A stretch of 58,074 nucleotides of DNA from Streptomyces virus Karimac (IMGVR_UViG_2974575442_000001); one strand, 5' to 3'; shown: positions 43,831-54,249, numbered from the stretch's first letter. Numbers and translations: made by a program. The notes: a model not told the origin generated them from the sequence alone.

Positions 43831-44199
43831 ATGAGCATTAACAGCAATCAAGTAATCAAGAAGCCTGATGTCATCATCGACCCCAATTTCTTTCTACCAC
43901 CTGGGGTCGTTGATGCACGCTATCCTGATGAAATCGAGGTCGATCAAGAAGAGACCACTGACGTAATTGACACTGACGACGTTATTGACGTTGATAGTGA
44001 TACGTTGTCAGAAGTCGATGAACCAGAGGAGACAGGCGAAGATAATGAAACCTCAGTTCTTCTTCCGCCTGACACCGTTATTGTTGTCAGTCAGACAATC
44101 AGAGCTGGTGAGAATGGTCAGCAGGTTGTTGATGTTGTTCTGGAAGTTCCAGACGTAGACGAATCAATTCAGATCGACGTTAGGATGACAAAGGTATGA
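43831..44199 (+). CDS. Hypothetical acidic tail-module protein
   Basis: Leaderless start (TATAAT-N6-ATG); synteny. Confidence 0.7.
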   Translation: MSINSNQVIKKPDVIIDPNFFLPPGVVDARYPDEIEVDQEETTDVIDTDDVIDVDSDTLSEVDEPEETGEDNETSVLLPPDTVIVVSQTIRAGENGQQVVDVVLEVPDVDESIQIDVRMTKV

Positions 44200-44993
44200 T
44201 CACAACTCAAGGCAAGTCAATCATTTTCCGTTACCTGGCCGGGTACGTCCCACGCATTGCAGAATCAATTGCAATTGGCGTGGGTAATAGTGCTGCCTCC
44301 GTAAACGACACAGTTCTTGATTTCGAAACAAACAGAGTTCTTGTAACCATTACAGCAGCCGACATCGTAAACGACAAGATCGTATTTAAGGGTGTCATCC
44401 CACAGGAATTCGTCGGAAAGATTTACGAAGTTGGATTGTGGTTCGGAAGCCCGGCGCAGAGTGCTGGAGCCAGCTCAATCATTGTAGACTTTGATTCAAC
44501 TGGTGAAGCATGGGACACAGGAACCTGGGATACAACAATTGCCAGAATTGGAACTGACGCTCTGCAAATTGCTGGTGGACAAAGCAGCACCCTATCAGAC
44601 ATCGCCCTTGATCTATCAGGGTATTCAGATGCAGACTTCCTATCCCTTGCGTATTCAGCAGATGCAGCAATCAATGACGTAACCATTCAATTCAAGACTG
44701 ACGATACGAATTACTACTCATATACATTTGCTGCGGCGACAGGATACGAAGTAAAGTCATTTGGAAAGACAGCGATGACTGCCACTGGAACTCCAGACTG
44801 GGAGAACATCACAAAGATCACTGTTTCAGCAACTGGAACAGGAAACATTGTATTCGATGGAATTCGAGCAGAAGACAACGATACAATCAGCAACGACTAC
44901 GCTTTGGTAGCTAGGACAGTCCTTTCTACTCCAAAGACAAAGACCAACGATAGCGAAATGGACATTGAGTACGCATTGGAAATCAACATATGA
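44196..44993 (+). CDS. Minor tail protein
   Basis: ITTQGKSIIFRYLAG...IAIGVG resembles tail-fibre/baseplate N-termini. Confidence 0.7.
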   Translation: MITTQGKSIIFRYLAGYVPRIAESIAIGVGNSAASVNDTVLDFETNRVLVTITAADIVNDKIVFKGVIPQEFVGKIYEVGLWFGSPAQSAGASSIIVDFDSTGEAWDTGTWDTTIARIGTDALQIAGGQSSTLSDIALDLSGYSDADFLSLAYSADAAINDVTIQFKTDDTNYYSYTFAAATGYEVKSFGKTAMTATGTPDWENITKITVSATGTGNIVFDGIRAEDNDTISNDYALVARTVLSTPKTKTNDSEMDIEYALEINI

Positions 44994-47900
44994 GAATTCT
45001 TCTAAGAGATCTTACCCCAGGTACTGACTACAACATTCAGCTTCGTTCCAATGATGGAACGAATGTTTCTGAGTGGAGTCGAGTGTTCCCTATGACAACT
45101 GTAACCGACACTCTAGCGCCAGCCCCGGTGCAGAATGTTACATGGGTTGTCAATAGAAGTGCTTTCTCTGGTAAGTGGGATGCAGTAACTCAGAATGAAG
45201 ACGCATCACCTCTATTAGACTTCTCTCACTATATTGTCAGAATTCAGAGTGGTGTCACCTACCGAGACGTCAAGACTACCAACACTTTTTACGATCTGAG
45301 CTTCGAGACAAATAAGGCTTTCTTCGGAACTCCACAGGCCACCCTGGCAATTACTGTATTTGCCGTGGACACGACAGGCAACTTCTCAGACGCATCTTCA
45401 ACCGTATCTGCCACCAATCCGCCACCACCTGATCCAACAGGTGTACTTGCTGCTGGAATTGTGGGCGGCGTAAGCATGCGCTGGGACGTACAGACGATCG
45501 ATGACCTTGCTGCCTATGATGTATACATGAGCACTTCCGGATCTGGATTCACTCCTACAACAGGAAATAGAATCTACAGTGGAACTGGAAACACTCTGGT
45601 ATTTGATTCAAGCTCTCTTGGCGTTGTTCACTACTTCAAGATCAGGTCTCGTGACGTATTTGATAGCATTTCAAATTACGTGACTGTTTCAGCGACTCCA
45701 ATTTCACCAACTGATGTTGACACAACAGCTCCAGGTGTTCCTACTGGTCTGGCTGCAACGATGACTGTTGACACAAATGATTCCGCATTTGCTACGGCTG
45801 CTGTTTCATGGACTGCCCCATCTGATACTGATCTCGCTGGATATGTTGTCCGATACAAGCAGAATGCATCATCAACCTACAACTATGTAAATGTTCCTGT
45901 CGGCACGACCTCAATTACTATTGGAGGTCTAGTTGTTGGTGTCCAGTACAACTTCTCAGTTCAGGCATTCGACAGAAGCACGAATAGATCAGCATTCTCT
46001 TCTGCTGTAAATGCGACGGCGGCAAATACTGCCCCTTCTACTCCTGCTGCGCCTACTGCTGTAGCCAACGTACAGAGCATTCAGGTAAGCCATTCCTTGC
46101 AGAAGTCAACCTCTGGACGACTAGAAGCTGACGTTACTTACTTCGAGGTTCACCTAGGAACTACCTCTACATTCACCGCAAGCGACTCCACAATGATTGG
46201 ACAATTGCAGGTAGAGTCTGGCAGCACATTCGTTTCTGAAATTTTTCCAACGCCCGCTATTGACTCTGCTCTAGCTCGTTGGGTCCGAGTGATTGCTGTT
46301 GACAGAGGTGGACTAAAGTCTTCTGCATCCGCAGTTGCTGCTGTGACTGTAGGACTTGTCAGCAATGCATACATTGCCAATGCCACGATTACTTCTGCCA
46401 AGATCAGCAATGTTGACGCCAACCAGATTACTGCTGGTACTGGTATCATCAACAATCTACTGATCAAGTCAGCTCTTACCGTTGACACTGGTGGTGTGAT
46501 CAAGAGCACCAACTACGTTGCAGGATCTACTGGATATCAGCTATCTAACAATACGCTTGAAATCAACGGTGGAACAATTCGTGCGGCGGCACTTCTGTTG
46601 CAGGATGCTCCAAACATCATTCTTCCTCAGTACGCTGACTTTGAATTCCAGTCAACTTGGTACACCGGAAAGCAGGTTACCTTCAATGATGGAGGAACGA
46701 CTTCATGGACAATTGCTACAGCTCCAGAAGTCACTCCAAAGTTTGGCACTCAGTGTCTAAAGCACACCTGGACTGGTGGAGGAACATTCTCCCGAGTTTA
46801 CCAGGGATCAAGCTACACAGACTACAATGTCATTGTAGAGCCAAACACTGATTACATTGCATCAGTTTGGGTATTCAATCCAACAGGCTCCGGTGACAAG
46901 GTGGTCGGATTTGGTGTAAAGATGGGCGATGGAGCAACTTATCCACAGCCTGGTGGAACACCAACCGTTGTTGCAAATGGAACTTGGACTAGAATTCAGG
47001 GTACATTCAACACTGGTGCAAATAGCACTCTCATGACTTACATGAGCCTTTACAACACTGGCTCAGTGTACTTCGACGGATTGCAGATTGAGCGTAAACT
47101 GACTTCTGCTACCGCCGCCTCTCCTTGGAGAGCACCAAGTTCCACTTCAATTGACGGTGGAATTATCCGTACGGGTGAAATTCGTTCTACTGCTCTGGCA
47201 AATGGTCTTTCCGGCCAGCCAGCATGGTCAATCAATATGACTGGTGGAGCGCAGTTTGGTGACGCTACAGTTCGAGGACGCATTGTAGTTGGAGATCCAA
47301 CAAACCCAACTGCTGACGGAGTAAATAGCAGAATTCATTCAGCGAATTACGTAGCTGGTACAAGCGGCTGGATCATCAGAAATGATGGATATGCAGAGTT
47401 CCGTAATCTTGCAGTCAATTCAATCAAGGTGACAGCGCTGGACTCCCCTATGCAGAACAACACCTACGCAAAGCTATTCGACTACATGCAGGACGGAACC
47501 CTATGGCTTTCAAATGGTGCCGTCACTCAGAAGACTGACCCAGGTGCTTACTCTGCTGAATCTCTATTTGAATTCACTGGATCTGGTCTGGTTCTCCGTA
47601 ATGCAGTTGGTGTTACAAAGGTTGCTTACGACCCAACGATTCTTTACCGTATCTCTGCACGTATCCGTGCCTACACCGTGGCGACCCTGAACACCAACTC
47701 TGGCTTTGAAACAAACACAACTGGATGGTTCGCGTATGGCACAAACAGCATTACCCGAGACACCACAAAGAAGTTCACTGGAACTGCCTCTGTTAGATGG
47801 GATCAGGTTGGAACTTCAAATGGTGTATACGGAATGGGAACTGTTGTCAACGTTAAGCCTGGATATACATACACCTTCTCAGCTCGAATGCTTCCAAACA

Positions 47901-50900
47901 ATGCAGTAATTCGAGACAACTTGAAGATGAATATCGTATGGAAGAATTCTGGTGGAACTACGATCTCTACGACATTCAACGATATGCCACCTCCAGTTGA
48001 TGCGGCCGGTGTAGTAATTCCAATTGACGGAACCACATGGTCAAACTTCTCATCCGTTGGAGTTGCCCCTGCGGGAGCTGTAACTGCTAGCTTTGAAATT
48101 CAGGCTGGTATTTCAGGAAGCCCGGTGGCAGGAATTCAGGGATGGTTTGATGATGTAACTATCACCACTCCACCACGTATCAAGGTCGGGCTATTCGGAT
48201 TCGACAATGCCAATAACATCATCGACTGGGACTATGTTGATGATGCGACCACGCCTACAAAGAAGCATGCTATGCCTACGGACTACAGCCTGCTTTCTGG
48301 ATATTCTGCAAACCAGTACATGATGGTAATGAACAATTCAGAAGTTCAGATCGCTACTGGTAGCTCAAACACGACTGCTGACTGGATTACCGTAACTGGA
48401 TATGTCCGTGGTCGTGGTGGATCAGGAACGACCGGTGTCCTAGGAACTCAGGGTGAGCACCAGGACCCATATGACCCAGCTTCACTAAACCAGTCCGTTC
48501 GCTACCTTGTTCCTTATGTTGAATGGGATGTTGCTACAGGCTCAATCGCTCAGCTTGACCAGTTCTCAATTGAAGCATATGAGAATGGTGCTCCTACCAA
48601 GGTTGCCACTCAGGGCATTCCTGGCCAGAAGTCTGTAAGCATTGAGAATCAGCAGGGAACCATCTTCGATCACGCAGTTAGATTCTACACTGGCGAGCCT
48701 GACGAAGTTTACCCTGGAATGATTGGTCACGTAATGGATGGAGACTGGAATGACGCTGCTCATCTCAGAATTTCTCCACCACTTATCAACAAGAATTCTG
48801 ATTACGGAAGTACATTCATTGGTATTTACGACAAGAATCCTAACTACATCTACGATGCTACATTCGAAGATGGAATTACAGGATGGACTGGAATGGCAAA
48901 TACCACGCTTTCTCAGGAGACTACCGTTGGTAGAGAAGACACCAACTCACTAAAGATCACTGCTACTGGTACAATTTCAAACCCGGCGACAACGGAACTC
49001 CTTGGTAAGTATGCAGTATCTACCTTGACTAATCAGGAACTAGTTGGCCAATTCGTAACTGTTACAGGTTATGCAATGATGGGAACTGCGACTGGTAGAA
49101 ATGTTCGTCTAGTTGTCAAGTTCCTTGATGAGGCCGGTGCAATGATTCAGGGATACTTCATTGAAAAGGCAGTAACAAATACTGCATGGGTAAACTTCTC
49201 ATTCATCTCTCCTGTCGTAATTCCTGACACCTGCTACTCTGTTGAATTCTCATTCTCATGGTTCAATGGTGCAACTGGAGACATTGTTTACGTCGATGAT
49301 GTTCAGCTTGAAATGGGATCAAGAACTGAATTCCGTACGGCATCTGCCAGCAAGATCATGCTACAGTCTGACTATGTAAAGAGCAATGGTGCAATTGTTA
49401 TTTCAAAGTCAGAGCTTGATCTTCCTGACAATGTTTGGGGAGCAACAGTTGGTGGTCTTCGTGACATGCCATTCTATCCTGGAGTGATTCTACAGTCTGA
49501 GGGTGGAACTGGTGGATTCCGTTATGTAAACTACACGGATTCATCTGGTAACAGAGCGTCCACTCAGCTAACGAACTTCTCTCCTTCTGGAGCTGAGGAG
49601 CATGCAATTCGATTCTACGGAATGAATGACTCCACGTATCCAGGTCGTTGGGTTCTTACAAATGCTGGCGGACAGTTTGTTATGTCTTCATATGCCGACG
49701 CTGATGGAGATATGCTTACGAGCCGAAATGTTCGTGTCTATGGACACCTTGACGTTGACGGAGATCCACCTTGGGAGGCAATGACGCTCCTTAATGGAAC
49801 GGGTATTGTTTCTGGTGCATACACTCCTTCCGTATTCACGAGCAATGGAAATACATATATGCGTGGATCTGTGACAGGATGGACTAAGGGTTCTGGTACT
49901 CCAATCATGACTCTTCCATCTGCATACAGACCTACTAAGGTTGTTTACCTATCCACTGTTTCATACACCACAACTTCTGACGCTCAGGCAACAGTTCTTG
50001 TGGTCAACACTGCCGGATCTGTATACGCCTACTCCGCTGTTGCAGCAAAGACGAACATCATGCTAGACGGTCTATCATTCTCCAATGCTCCAGACACGTA
50101 CGTAACGCCTCCTAGCGGTGATACAACTGCGCCTGGAACTCCTTCTGGATTCAAGATTACCGCACTATCATCAAGTACCACAACTGGTACTTACCGTCTG
50201 AATTGGACCAACCCAACTGCGACGGATACGGCCGGTGTCAAGATTATCTGGAGAAGCGACAGATATCCTACTGTAACCATTGCAGGAAGCGGTACTAAGA
50301 CTCTGACCACAGATGGAAAGATTATTACCGTAACGGGCGGTGCAAGCGCTGCGAAGCAGTATGACCACTCAGGTCTACCAGTAAACAAGACGATCTACTA
50401 CCGAGTTGTTTCTTATGACACAAGCGGAAACCACTCTACGTATGTCTCAGCTTCACGATACCTGCTTGCTTCACCAGTAACTGTTACTGCCAATTCATCT
50501 GCTTCATATCGTCTTGGATATGGTGGTATGTGGAGAAACGACGGTGACGATGTTTACCAGGGTGACTGGACTGGAAATGACAATCACAGAGGAATGTATT
50601 TCTATGGAACCAAGATCTACGATGCTCTAAACAAGGGTGGTGTAGTAAGAACTCCTACAAAGGCTACTATCTATCTCAAGAGAGAGAGCACTGCTCATGG
50701 TAACAACACTGGAGTAGGAATTAACCTAAGAGGTCATATCTATCAGACTAAGCCATCTGGTGACCCTGTTGGAGGTATGACAAACGAAGGTTCTGATGGA
50801 GACGACATTGTATACCTATCAAGAGGAGAGGCAGCAACTGTAACAATTCCATCAAGCTGGTACAACAATATTGTGGATTCAACTGCTGCAAATAGAATCG

Positions 50901-51004
50901 AAGGATTCGGTGTTTATGGAAGCACAACAGGTGACTATGCAGTAATGTATGGTGTATCATCAGGATCTTCCTACGGAAAGATCACTCTGTACCACAAGGG
51001 ATGA
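44990..51004 (+). CDS. Large tail fibre / receptor-binding protein with FN3 repeats and CBM-like modules
   Basis: FN3-like repeats (APGVPTGL...VSWTAPSDTDLAGYVVRY...YNFSVQAFD) and carbohydrate-binding-like modules (NSGFETNTTGW, TFEDGITGW, VYFDGLQIE, YVDDVQLE); 2004 aa. Confidence 0.8.
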   Translation: MRILLRDLTPGTDYNIQLRSNDGTNVSEWSRVFPMTTVTDTLAPAPVQNVTWVVNRSAFSGKWDAVTQNEDASPLLDFSHYIVRIQSGVTYRDVKTTNTFYDLSFETNKAFFGTPQATLAITVFAVDTTGNFSDASSTVSATNPPPPDPTGVLAAGIVGGVSMRWDVQTIDDLAAYDVYMSTSGSGFTPTTGNRIYSGTGNTLVFDSSSLGVVHYFKIRSRDVFDSISNYVTVSATPISPTDVDTTAPGVPTGLAATMTVDTNDSAFATAAVSWTAPSDTDLAGYVVRYKQNASSTYNYVNVPVGTTSITIGGLVVGVQYNFSVQAFDRSTNRSAFSSAVNATAANTAPSTPAAPTAVANVQSIQVSHSLQKSTSGRLEADVTYFEVHLGTTSTFTASDSTMIGQLQVESGSTFVSEIFPTPAIDSALARWVRVIAVDRGGLKSSASAVAAVTVGLVSNAYIANATITSAKISNVDANQITAGTGIINNLLIKSALTVDTGGVIKSTNYVAGSTGYQLSNNTLEINGGTIRAAALLLQDAPNIILPQYADFEFQSTWYTGKQVTFNDGGTTSWTIATAPEVTPKFGTQCLKHTWTGGGTFSRVYQGSSYTDYNVIVEPNTDYIASVWVFNPTGSGDKVVGFGVKMGDGATYPQPGGTPTVVANGTWTRIQGTFNTGANSTLMTYMSLYNTGSVYFDGLQIERKLTSATAASPWRAPSSTSIDGGIIRTGEIRSTALANGLSGQPAWSINMTGGAQFGDATVRGRIVVGDPTNPTADGVNSRIHSANYVAGTSGWIIRNDGYAEFRNLAVNSIKVTALDSPMQNNTYAKLFDYMQDGTLWLSNGAVTQKTDPGAYSAESLFEFTGSGLVLRNAVGVTKVAYDPTILYRISARIRAYTVATLNTNSGFETNTTGWFAYGTNSITRDTTKKFTGTASVRWDQVGTSNGVYGMGTVVNVKPGYTYTFSARMLPNNAVIRDNLKMNIVWKNSGGTTISTTFNDMPPPVDAAGVVIPIDGTTWSNFSSVGVAPAGAVTASFEIQAGISGSPVAGIQGWFDDVTITTPPRIKVGLFGFDNANNIIDWDYVDDATTPTKKHAMPTDYSLLSGYSANQYMMVMNNSEVQIATGSSNTTADWITVTGYVRGRGGSGTTGVLGTQGEHQDPYDPASLNQSVRYLVPYVEWDVATGSIAQLDQFSIEAYENGAPTKVATQGIPGQKSVSIENQQGTIFDHAVRFYTGEPDEVYPGMIGHVMDGDWNDAAHLRISPPLINKNSDYGSTFIGIYDKNPNYIYDATFEDGITGWTGMANTTLSQETTVGREDTNSLKITATGTISNPATTELLGKYAVSTLTNQELVGQFVTVTGYAMMGTATGRNVRLVVKFLDEAGAMIQGYFIEKAVTNTAWVNFSFISPVVIPDTCYSVEFSFSWFNGATGDIVYVDDVQLEMGSRTEFRTASASKIMLQSDYVKSNGAIVISKSELDLPDNVWGATVGGLRDMPFYPGVILQSEGGTGGFRYVNYTDSSGNRASTQLTNFSPSGAEEHAIRFYGMNDSTYPGRWVLTNAGGQFVMSSYADADGDMLTSRNVRVYGHLDVDGDPPWEAMTLLNGTGIVSGAYTPSVFTSNGNTYMRGSVTGWTKGSGTPIMTLPSAYRPTKVVYLSTVSYTTTSDAQATVLVVNTAGSVYAYSAVAAKTNIMLDGLSFSNAPDTYVTPPSGDTTAPGTPSGFKITALSSSTTTGTYRLNWTNPTATDTAGVKIIWRSDRYPTVTIAGSGTKTLTTDGKIITVTGGASAAKQYDHSGLPVNKTIYYRVVSYDTSGNHSTYVSASRYLLASPVTVTANSSASYRLGYGGMWRNDGDDVYQGDWTGNDNHRGMYFYGTKIYDALNKGGVVRTPTKATIYLKRESTAHGNNTGVGINLRGHIYQTKPSGDPVGGMTNEGSDGDDIVYLSRGEAATVTIPSSWYNNIVDSTAANRIEGFGVYGSTTGDYAVMYGVSSGSSYGKITLYHKG

Positions 51005-51078
51005 TCCCAACTTGACAGCTCGGACGACTTGAGTTACAGTGATTATACTTGGAGAAGAAAGAGGAAAATAATAAATTG

Positions 51079-51279
51079 ATGAATAAGGAAACACTAAAGT
51101 TTCTAGCTATTAAGGAGCGTATCGCTCAGATTACTGCTGAGTATGAAGAGAAGATCGCAGACCTGAGAGCTGACTTCACCATTGCCGTGCAAGACATGAA
51201 CGATCAGCAGGAAGCCCTCCGCAAGGAGAATGCAGAGCTAAAGGCGAAGCTTGATGAGACTCTGGCGCAGGAAGGCTAA
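51079..51279 (+). CDS. Small coiled-coil protein
   Basis: Heptad pattern; promoter TTGACA-N18-TACAGT at 51013-51042. Confidence 0.7.
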   Translation: MNKETLKFLAIKERIAQITAEYEEKIADLRADFTIAVQDMNDQQEALRKENAELKAKLDETLAQEG

Positions 51280-51697
51280 GCCTCAAGTTGCCCCAACAGT
51301 ACCCGTAGATTATCCTACGGGTACTTGTGTTCAGACTGAGAATGGTCTATTCTACATCAAGGGCAAGTTCAGATATCGCATCACCAGCATGCGCATTCTC
51401 GATAGCTGGGGATTCCCGTACATCTTGAAGTCAAGCGAAGCTGCCTTGTCTAAGCACAAGATCGGTGGTAAGCTTGGATTCCGTCAAGGAACTTTGGTTA
51501 AGGACATGTCTAATGGTAAAATGTATCTGATATCAGAGAACCTTAGAAGACTTATCGATTCTCCTGACTTCTTTGATGTCATGCTATTTCCGCGAGATAG
51601 AGTAATTGAAGTTCCATCTACGGAGATAGCTCTACATAAGGAAGGAGAGAAGATAACTTGGCAACTACCCCCTACAAGCCTACAAGCTGGAGTCTAG
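51254..51697 (+). CDS. Hypothetical protein
   Basis: ORF track; overlaps both neighbours. Confidence 0.7.
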   Translation: MRLWRRKAKPQVAPTVPVDYPTGTCVQTENGLFYIKGKFRYRITSMRILDSWGFPYILKSSEAALSKHKIGGKLGFRQGTLVKDMSNGKMYLISENLRRLIDSPDFFDVMLFPRDRVIEVPSTEIALHKEGEKITWQLPPTSLQAGV

Positions 51698-52098
51698 GCG
51701 AACAGATTACCCGTGAAAAGCTGAATCAGATGTGCAGTAATGATCAGTACATCTTTGAGAATCAGCCGGTGGCATTTTACAATGCTCATGGAATCAAGAA
51801 GACTTCCGGTCTCAAGATCATGGGAGGCTACGTATACATCAAGGGTGGAAAGGGTCGTCACTATGAGAAGGAAGTCTACTTTGGTAACTTCTTCTCTGTG
51901 GGATGCAAGCCCATTGTTGTAACGAGTCAGGTAATTCAGAAGCAGTCCAGAGTCCATTGCATCATTCGTGGTGTAAGAGGAGAATACTGGCCAGACCACC
52001 GAGGATTCACAGCGGTGGTTGACTCTGATGAACTTAGCTCAAAGAGCAACTATTTCCATTACGGTGTCAACGTCCACTTCCTTGCTCTTGGATACTGA
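51658..52098 (+). CDS. Hypothetical protein (possible minor tail-related)
   Basis: ORF track; YKPTSWSLGEQITREKLNQM resembles tail-protein N-termini. Confidence 0.65.
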   Translation: MATTPYKPTSWSLGEQITREKLNQMCSNDQYIFENQPVAFYNAHGIKKTSGLKIMGGYVYIKGGKGRHYEKEVYFGNFFSVGCKPIVVTSQVIQKQSRVHCIIRGVRGEYWPDHRGFTAVVDSDELSSKSNYFHYGVNVHFLALGY

Positions 52099-52382
52099 TG
52101 TACGTACCTATCAGAAATTGGCATAATCGAAAGAGATTGCTATCCGAAGATGGGTACGTACTTGTTTGGGCTCCTGAACATCCGAAAAGCTTCAATGGCG
52201 GATGGTATTATGAACATCGAATGGTGTTCGAGGCCCGGCTCAAGAGAATGCTCAAGTCTGATGAAACAGTGCATCACATTGGCATTAAGACTGACAACAC
52301 ATGGAAGAACTTGTTCCTGTGCACGTGGGAAGAACACAATCGACTCAATCGTGCAGAACACCTCGCCTTGACAAGACGCTGA
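52098..52382 (+). CDS. HNH endonuclease (HNH_3 type)
   Basis: YYEHRMVFEARLKRML..DETVHHIGIKTDNTWKNLFLC..EEHN. Confidence 0.85.
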   Translation: MYVPIRNWHNRKRLLSEDGYVLVWAPEHPKSFNGGWYYEHRMVFEARLKRMLKSDETVHHIGIKTDNTWKNLFLCTWEEHNRLNRAEHLALTRR

Positions 52383-52422
52383 CGACCTGTTAGTGTTGAT
52401 CAAAACAACGAAAGGAACAAGT

Positions 52423-53184
52423 ATGTCCAAAGACATGACATGGCTGTTCGCATCAGACATTCACTTCCCCCATCATGATCAGCGTATGGTGTCTCTATGG
52501 TTTGACGTGCTAAAGTATCTCAAGCCTGGCGCTGTTGATCTTCCTGGTGACATTGATGATGCTGAGGAAACGAGCCGGTGGGTAGAGGGCACCTCCAAGG
52601 AGGGCTTTAGCCTTAACTATCCTGGTATTCAGCTCACCCGTTCATTCCTTGCGGATATCCATGAGCTAGCTCCAAAGGCAGACAAGCATTTCCACGATGG
52701 AAATCATGGCTGGTATCGTCACGTGAAGTGGCTGGACAAGAACGCTCCATACACTGTTACTGATGGCGTATACAGCCCAGAAGTTCTTTACGAATACAGC
52801 AAGTCTGGATTCGTGTGGCACAACTATGGTGATCAAGCTGTTAAGCGATATGGTGACATCTACGTTCATCATGGAGAAAGCATTTCAAAGCATGCTGGCG
52901 AGTCTGTGCGTAATGACGTAGAAGCTTGGGGTGTATCTCTAGTTCGTGGACACTCACACCGAATGGGTGTTTACAATAGGACTTTCGATCTTACTGGAGA
53001 AACCCGGCGTGGATTTGAAATCGGCCACATGTGCGACGTTGCCCAAATGGACTATGATCGTACAAGGAACTGGCAGCCAGGATTTGCATATGGTGTAGTA
53101 GCCTCAACGGGCGAAGTCTTCATTGACCTAGTTCCCATCATCAACTACACTTGTAAGATCGGAACTAAGATCTTCCGAGGTTGA
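52423..53184 (+). CDS. Calcineurin-like metallophosphoesterase
   Basis: SDIH, GDIDD, GNHG, HHGE and GHSHR motifs; start moved to ATG 52423. Confidence 0.88.
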   Translation: MSKDMTWLFASDIHFPHHDQRMVSLWFDVLKYLKPGAVDLPGDIDDAEETSRWVEGTSKEGFSLNYPGIQLTRSFLADIHELAPKADKHFHDGNHGWYRHVKWLDKNAPYTVTDGVYSPEVLYEYSKSGFVWHNYGDQAVKRYGDIYVHHGESISKHAGESVRNDVEAWGVSLVRGHSHRMGVYNRTFDLTGETRRGFEIGHMCDVAQMDYDRTRNWQPGFAYGVVASTGEVFIDLVPIINYTCKIGTKIFRG

Positions 53185-53234
53185 TATAAAATCTCCCATG
53201 CTATAATGAAAGAAAAAGCAAGGGAGGTTAAATC

Positions 53235-53486
53235 TTGAAGACAAGTAAGTTCTGGAAGGACGCTTTTGAGCGTGCGGTAAAGACTTTCGCTCAGTCCGCA
53301 GTTGCCATTATGGCGGTATCCACTTCTCTATTTGATGTAAGCTGGGTACAGGCTGCCGGTACCGCTGGTCTAGCCGCTGCTGTATCTCTGCTAACTTCCA
53401 TTGGTTCTGCTGGTGTCGGTAGCTCTGAGAGCCCTTCCCTTGTAGTTGACACAAAGGAAAAGGTACCAGGCGTTGAATCATACTAA
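53235..53486 (+). CDS. Holin (r1t-like)
   Basis: FWKDAFERAVKTFAQSAVA...two TM segments...LLTSIGS; GGAGG SD. Confidence 0.85.
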   Translation: MKTSKFWKDAFERAVKTFAQSAVAIMAVSTSLFDVSWVQAAGTAGLAAAVSLLTSIGSAGVGSSESPSLVVDTKEKVPGVESY

Positions 53487-53652
53487 GTGTGGTGGACGAG
53501 TGTTCATCGACAGAGTGTATTCTGAAAAGAATCATCTGGAGTTGGCCTGCATCGAATGTGGAGCCAGATGGATGCTTGATAAGACCAAGAATAAGCTTGC
53601 GGCATGGCTGATCGGTAGAGAGAAGAACTACTCTACTCAGTTTGCCCGGTGA
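53473..53652 (+). CDS. Small Zn-ribbon-like protein
   Basis: HTKCGG...ACIECG; TTG start overlaps the end of the holin gene. Confidence 0.7.
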   Translation: MNHTKCGGRVFIDRVYSEKNHLELACIECGARWMLDKTKNKLAAWLIGREKNYSTQFAR

Positions 53653-53683
53653 GAGTGAAGGATGCTATACTCTACATAGCACT

Positions 53684-53712
53684 TCCCCTGCGTGGAATGC
53701 GCAGGGGATTTT
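53684..53712 (+). terminator. Promoter-proximal hairpin with T-tract
   Basis: TCCCCTGCG-TGGAATG-CGCAGGGGA-TTTT, just after the promoter TTGCCC-N18-TATACT (53642-53671). Confidence 0.6.
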
Positions 53713-53727
53713 ACTTTGGAGGACACA

Positions 53728-54249
53728 TTGGGAGATAAGCCAGGCAGCAGAAGGGGGCAGAAGAACCCTAGCCTGTATTTCTTTCTCGATGGTCAAGCTC
53801 ATAAGAAGCTCCAAGTCAATCACGCGGCTGATATTCTCATTGCATGGAATTATCCAGAAAAGAAGAGAATGGCCTACGTGCTTTCCGTTGCGAGAAAGAA
53901 TATGGAAAAGGCGTTCTTCACCAAGCAGGTCGAAGAAATGGTCGGCAGAACAAGAATGTCAATGATCAATTACATTAAGAACGGATTGATCAAGCGACCG
54001 TACCTTACGTACTCTCTTGACGGACAGGGCAAGGCTGGTCTATACTTGTGGACTGAGCAGGACATCCTTGATCTTCACGATATGATGTTGAATCATGGAC
54101 CTGGCAGACCAAGGAATGATGGTCAGCCAGTGAGAACGAACCTACCATCAAAGGCAGAATTGATAGCAATGATGCGCAATGAGGTGGTTCTATACACAAA
54201 GACCCGTGATGGTGGATTCACACCAGTGTGGCAGGCAAAAGATTGGTAA
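53728..54249 (+). CDS. Helix-turn-helix DNA-binding protein
   Basis: FFTKQVEEMVGRTRMSMINYIKNGLIKRP is MerR/Xis-like; GGAGG-N5-TTG start. Confidence 0.7.
   Translation: MGDKPGSRRGQKNPSLYFFLDGQAHKKLQVNHAADILIAWNYPEKKRMAYVLSVARKNMEKAFFTKQVEEMVGRTRMSMINYIKNGLIKRPYLTYSLDGQGKAGLYLWTEQDILDLHDMMLNHGPGRPRNDGQPVRTNLPSKAELIAMMRNEVVLYTKTRDGGFTPVWQAKDW

Noticed and set aside
23058-51770. Apparent recurrence of CCGGTG/CCGGCG in late genes
   Set aside because: Enrichment cannot be established by eye; it needs a k-mer test against a codon-shuffled background.
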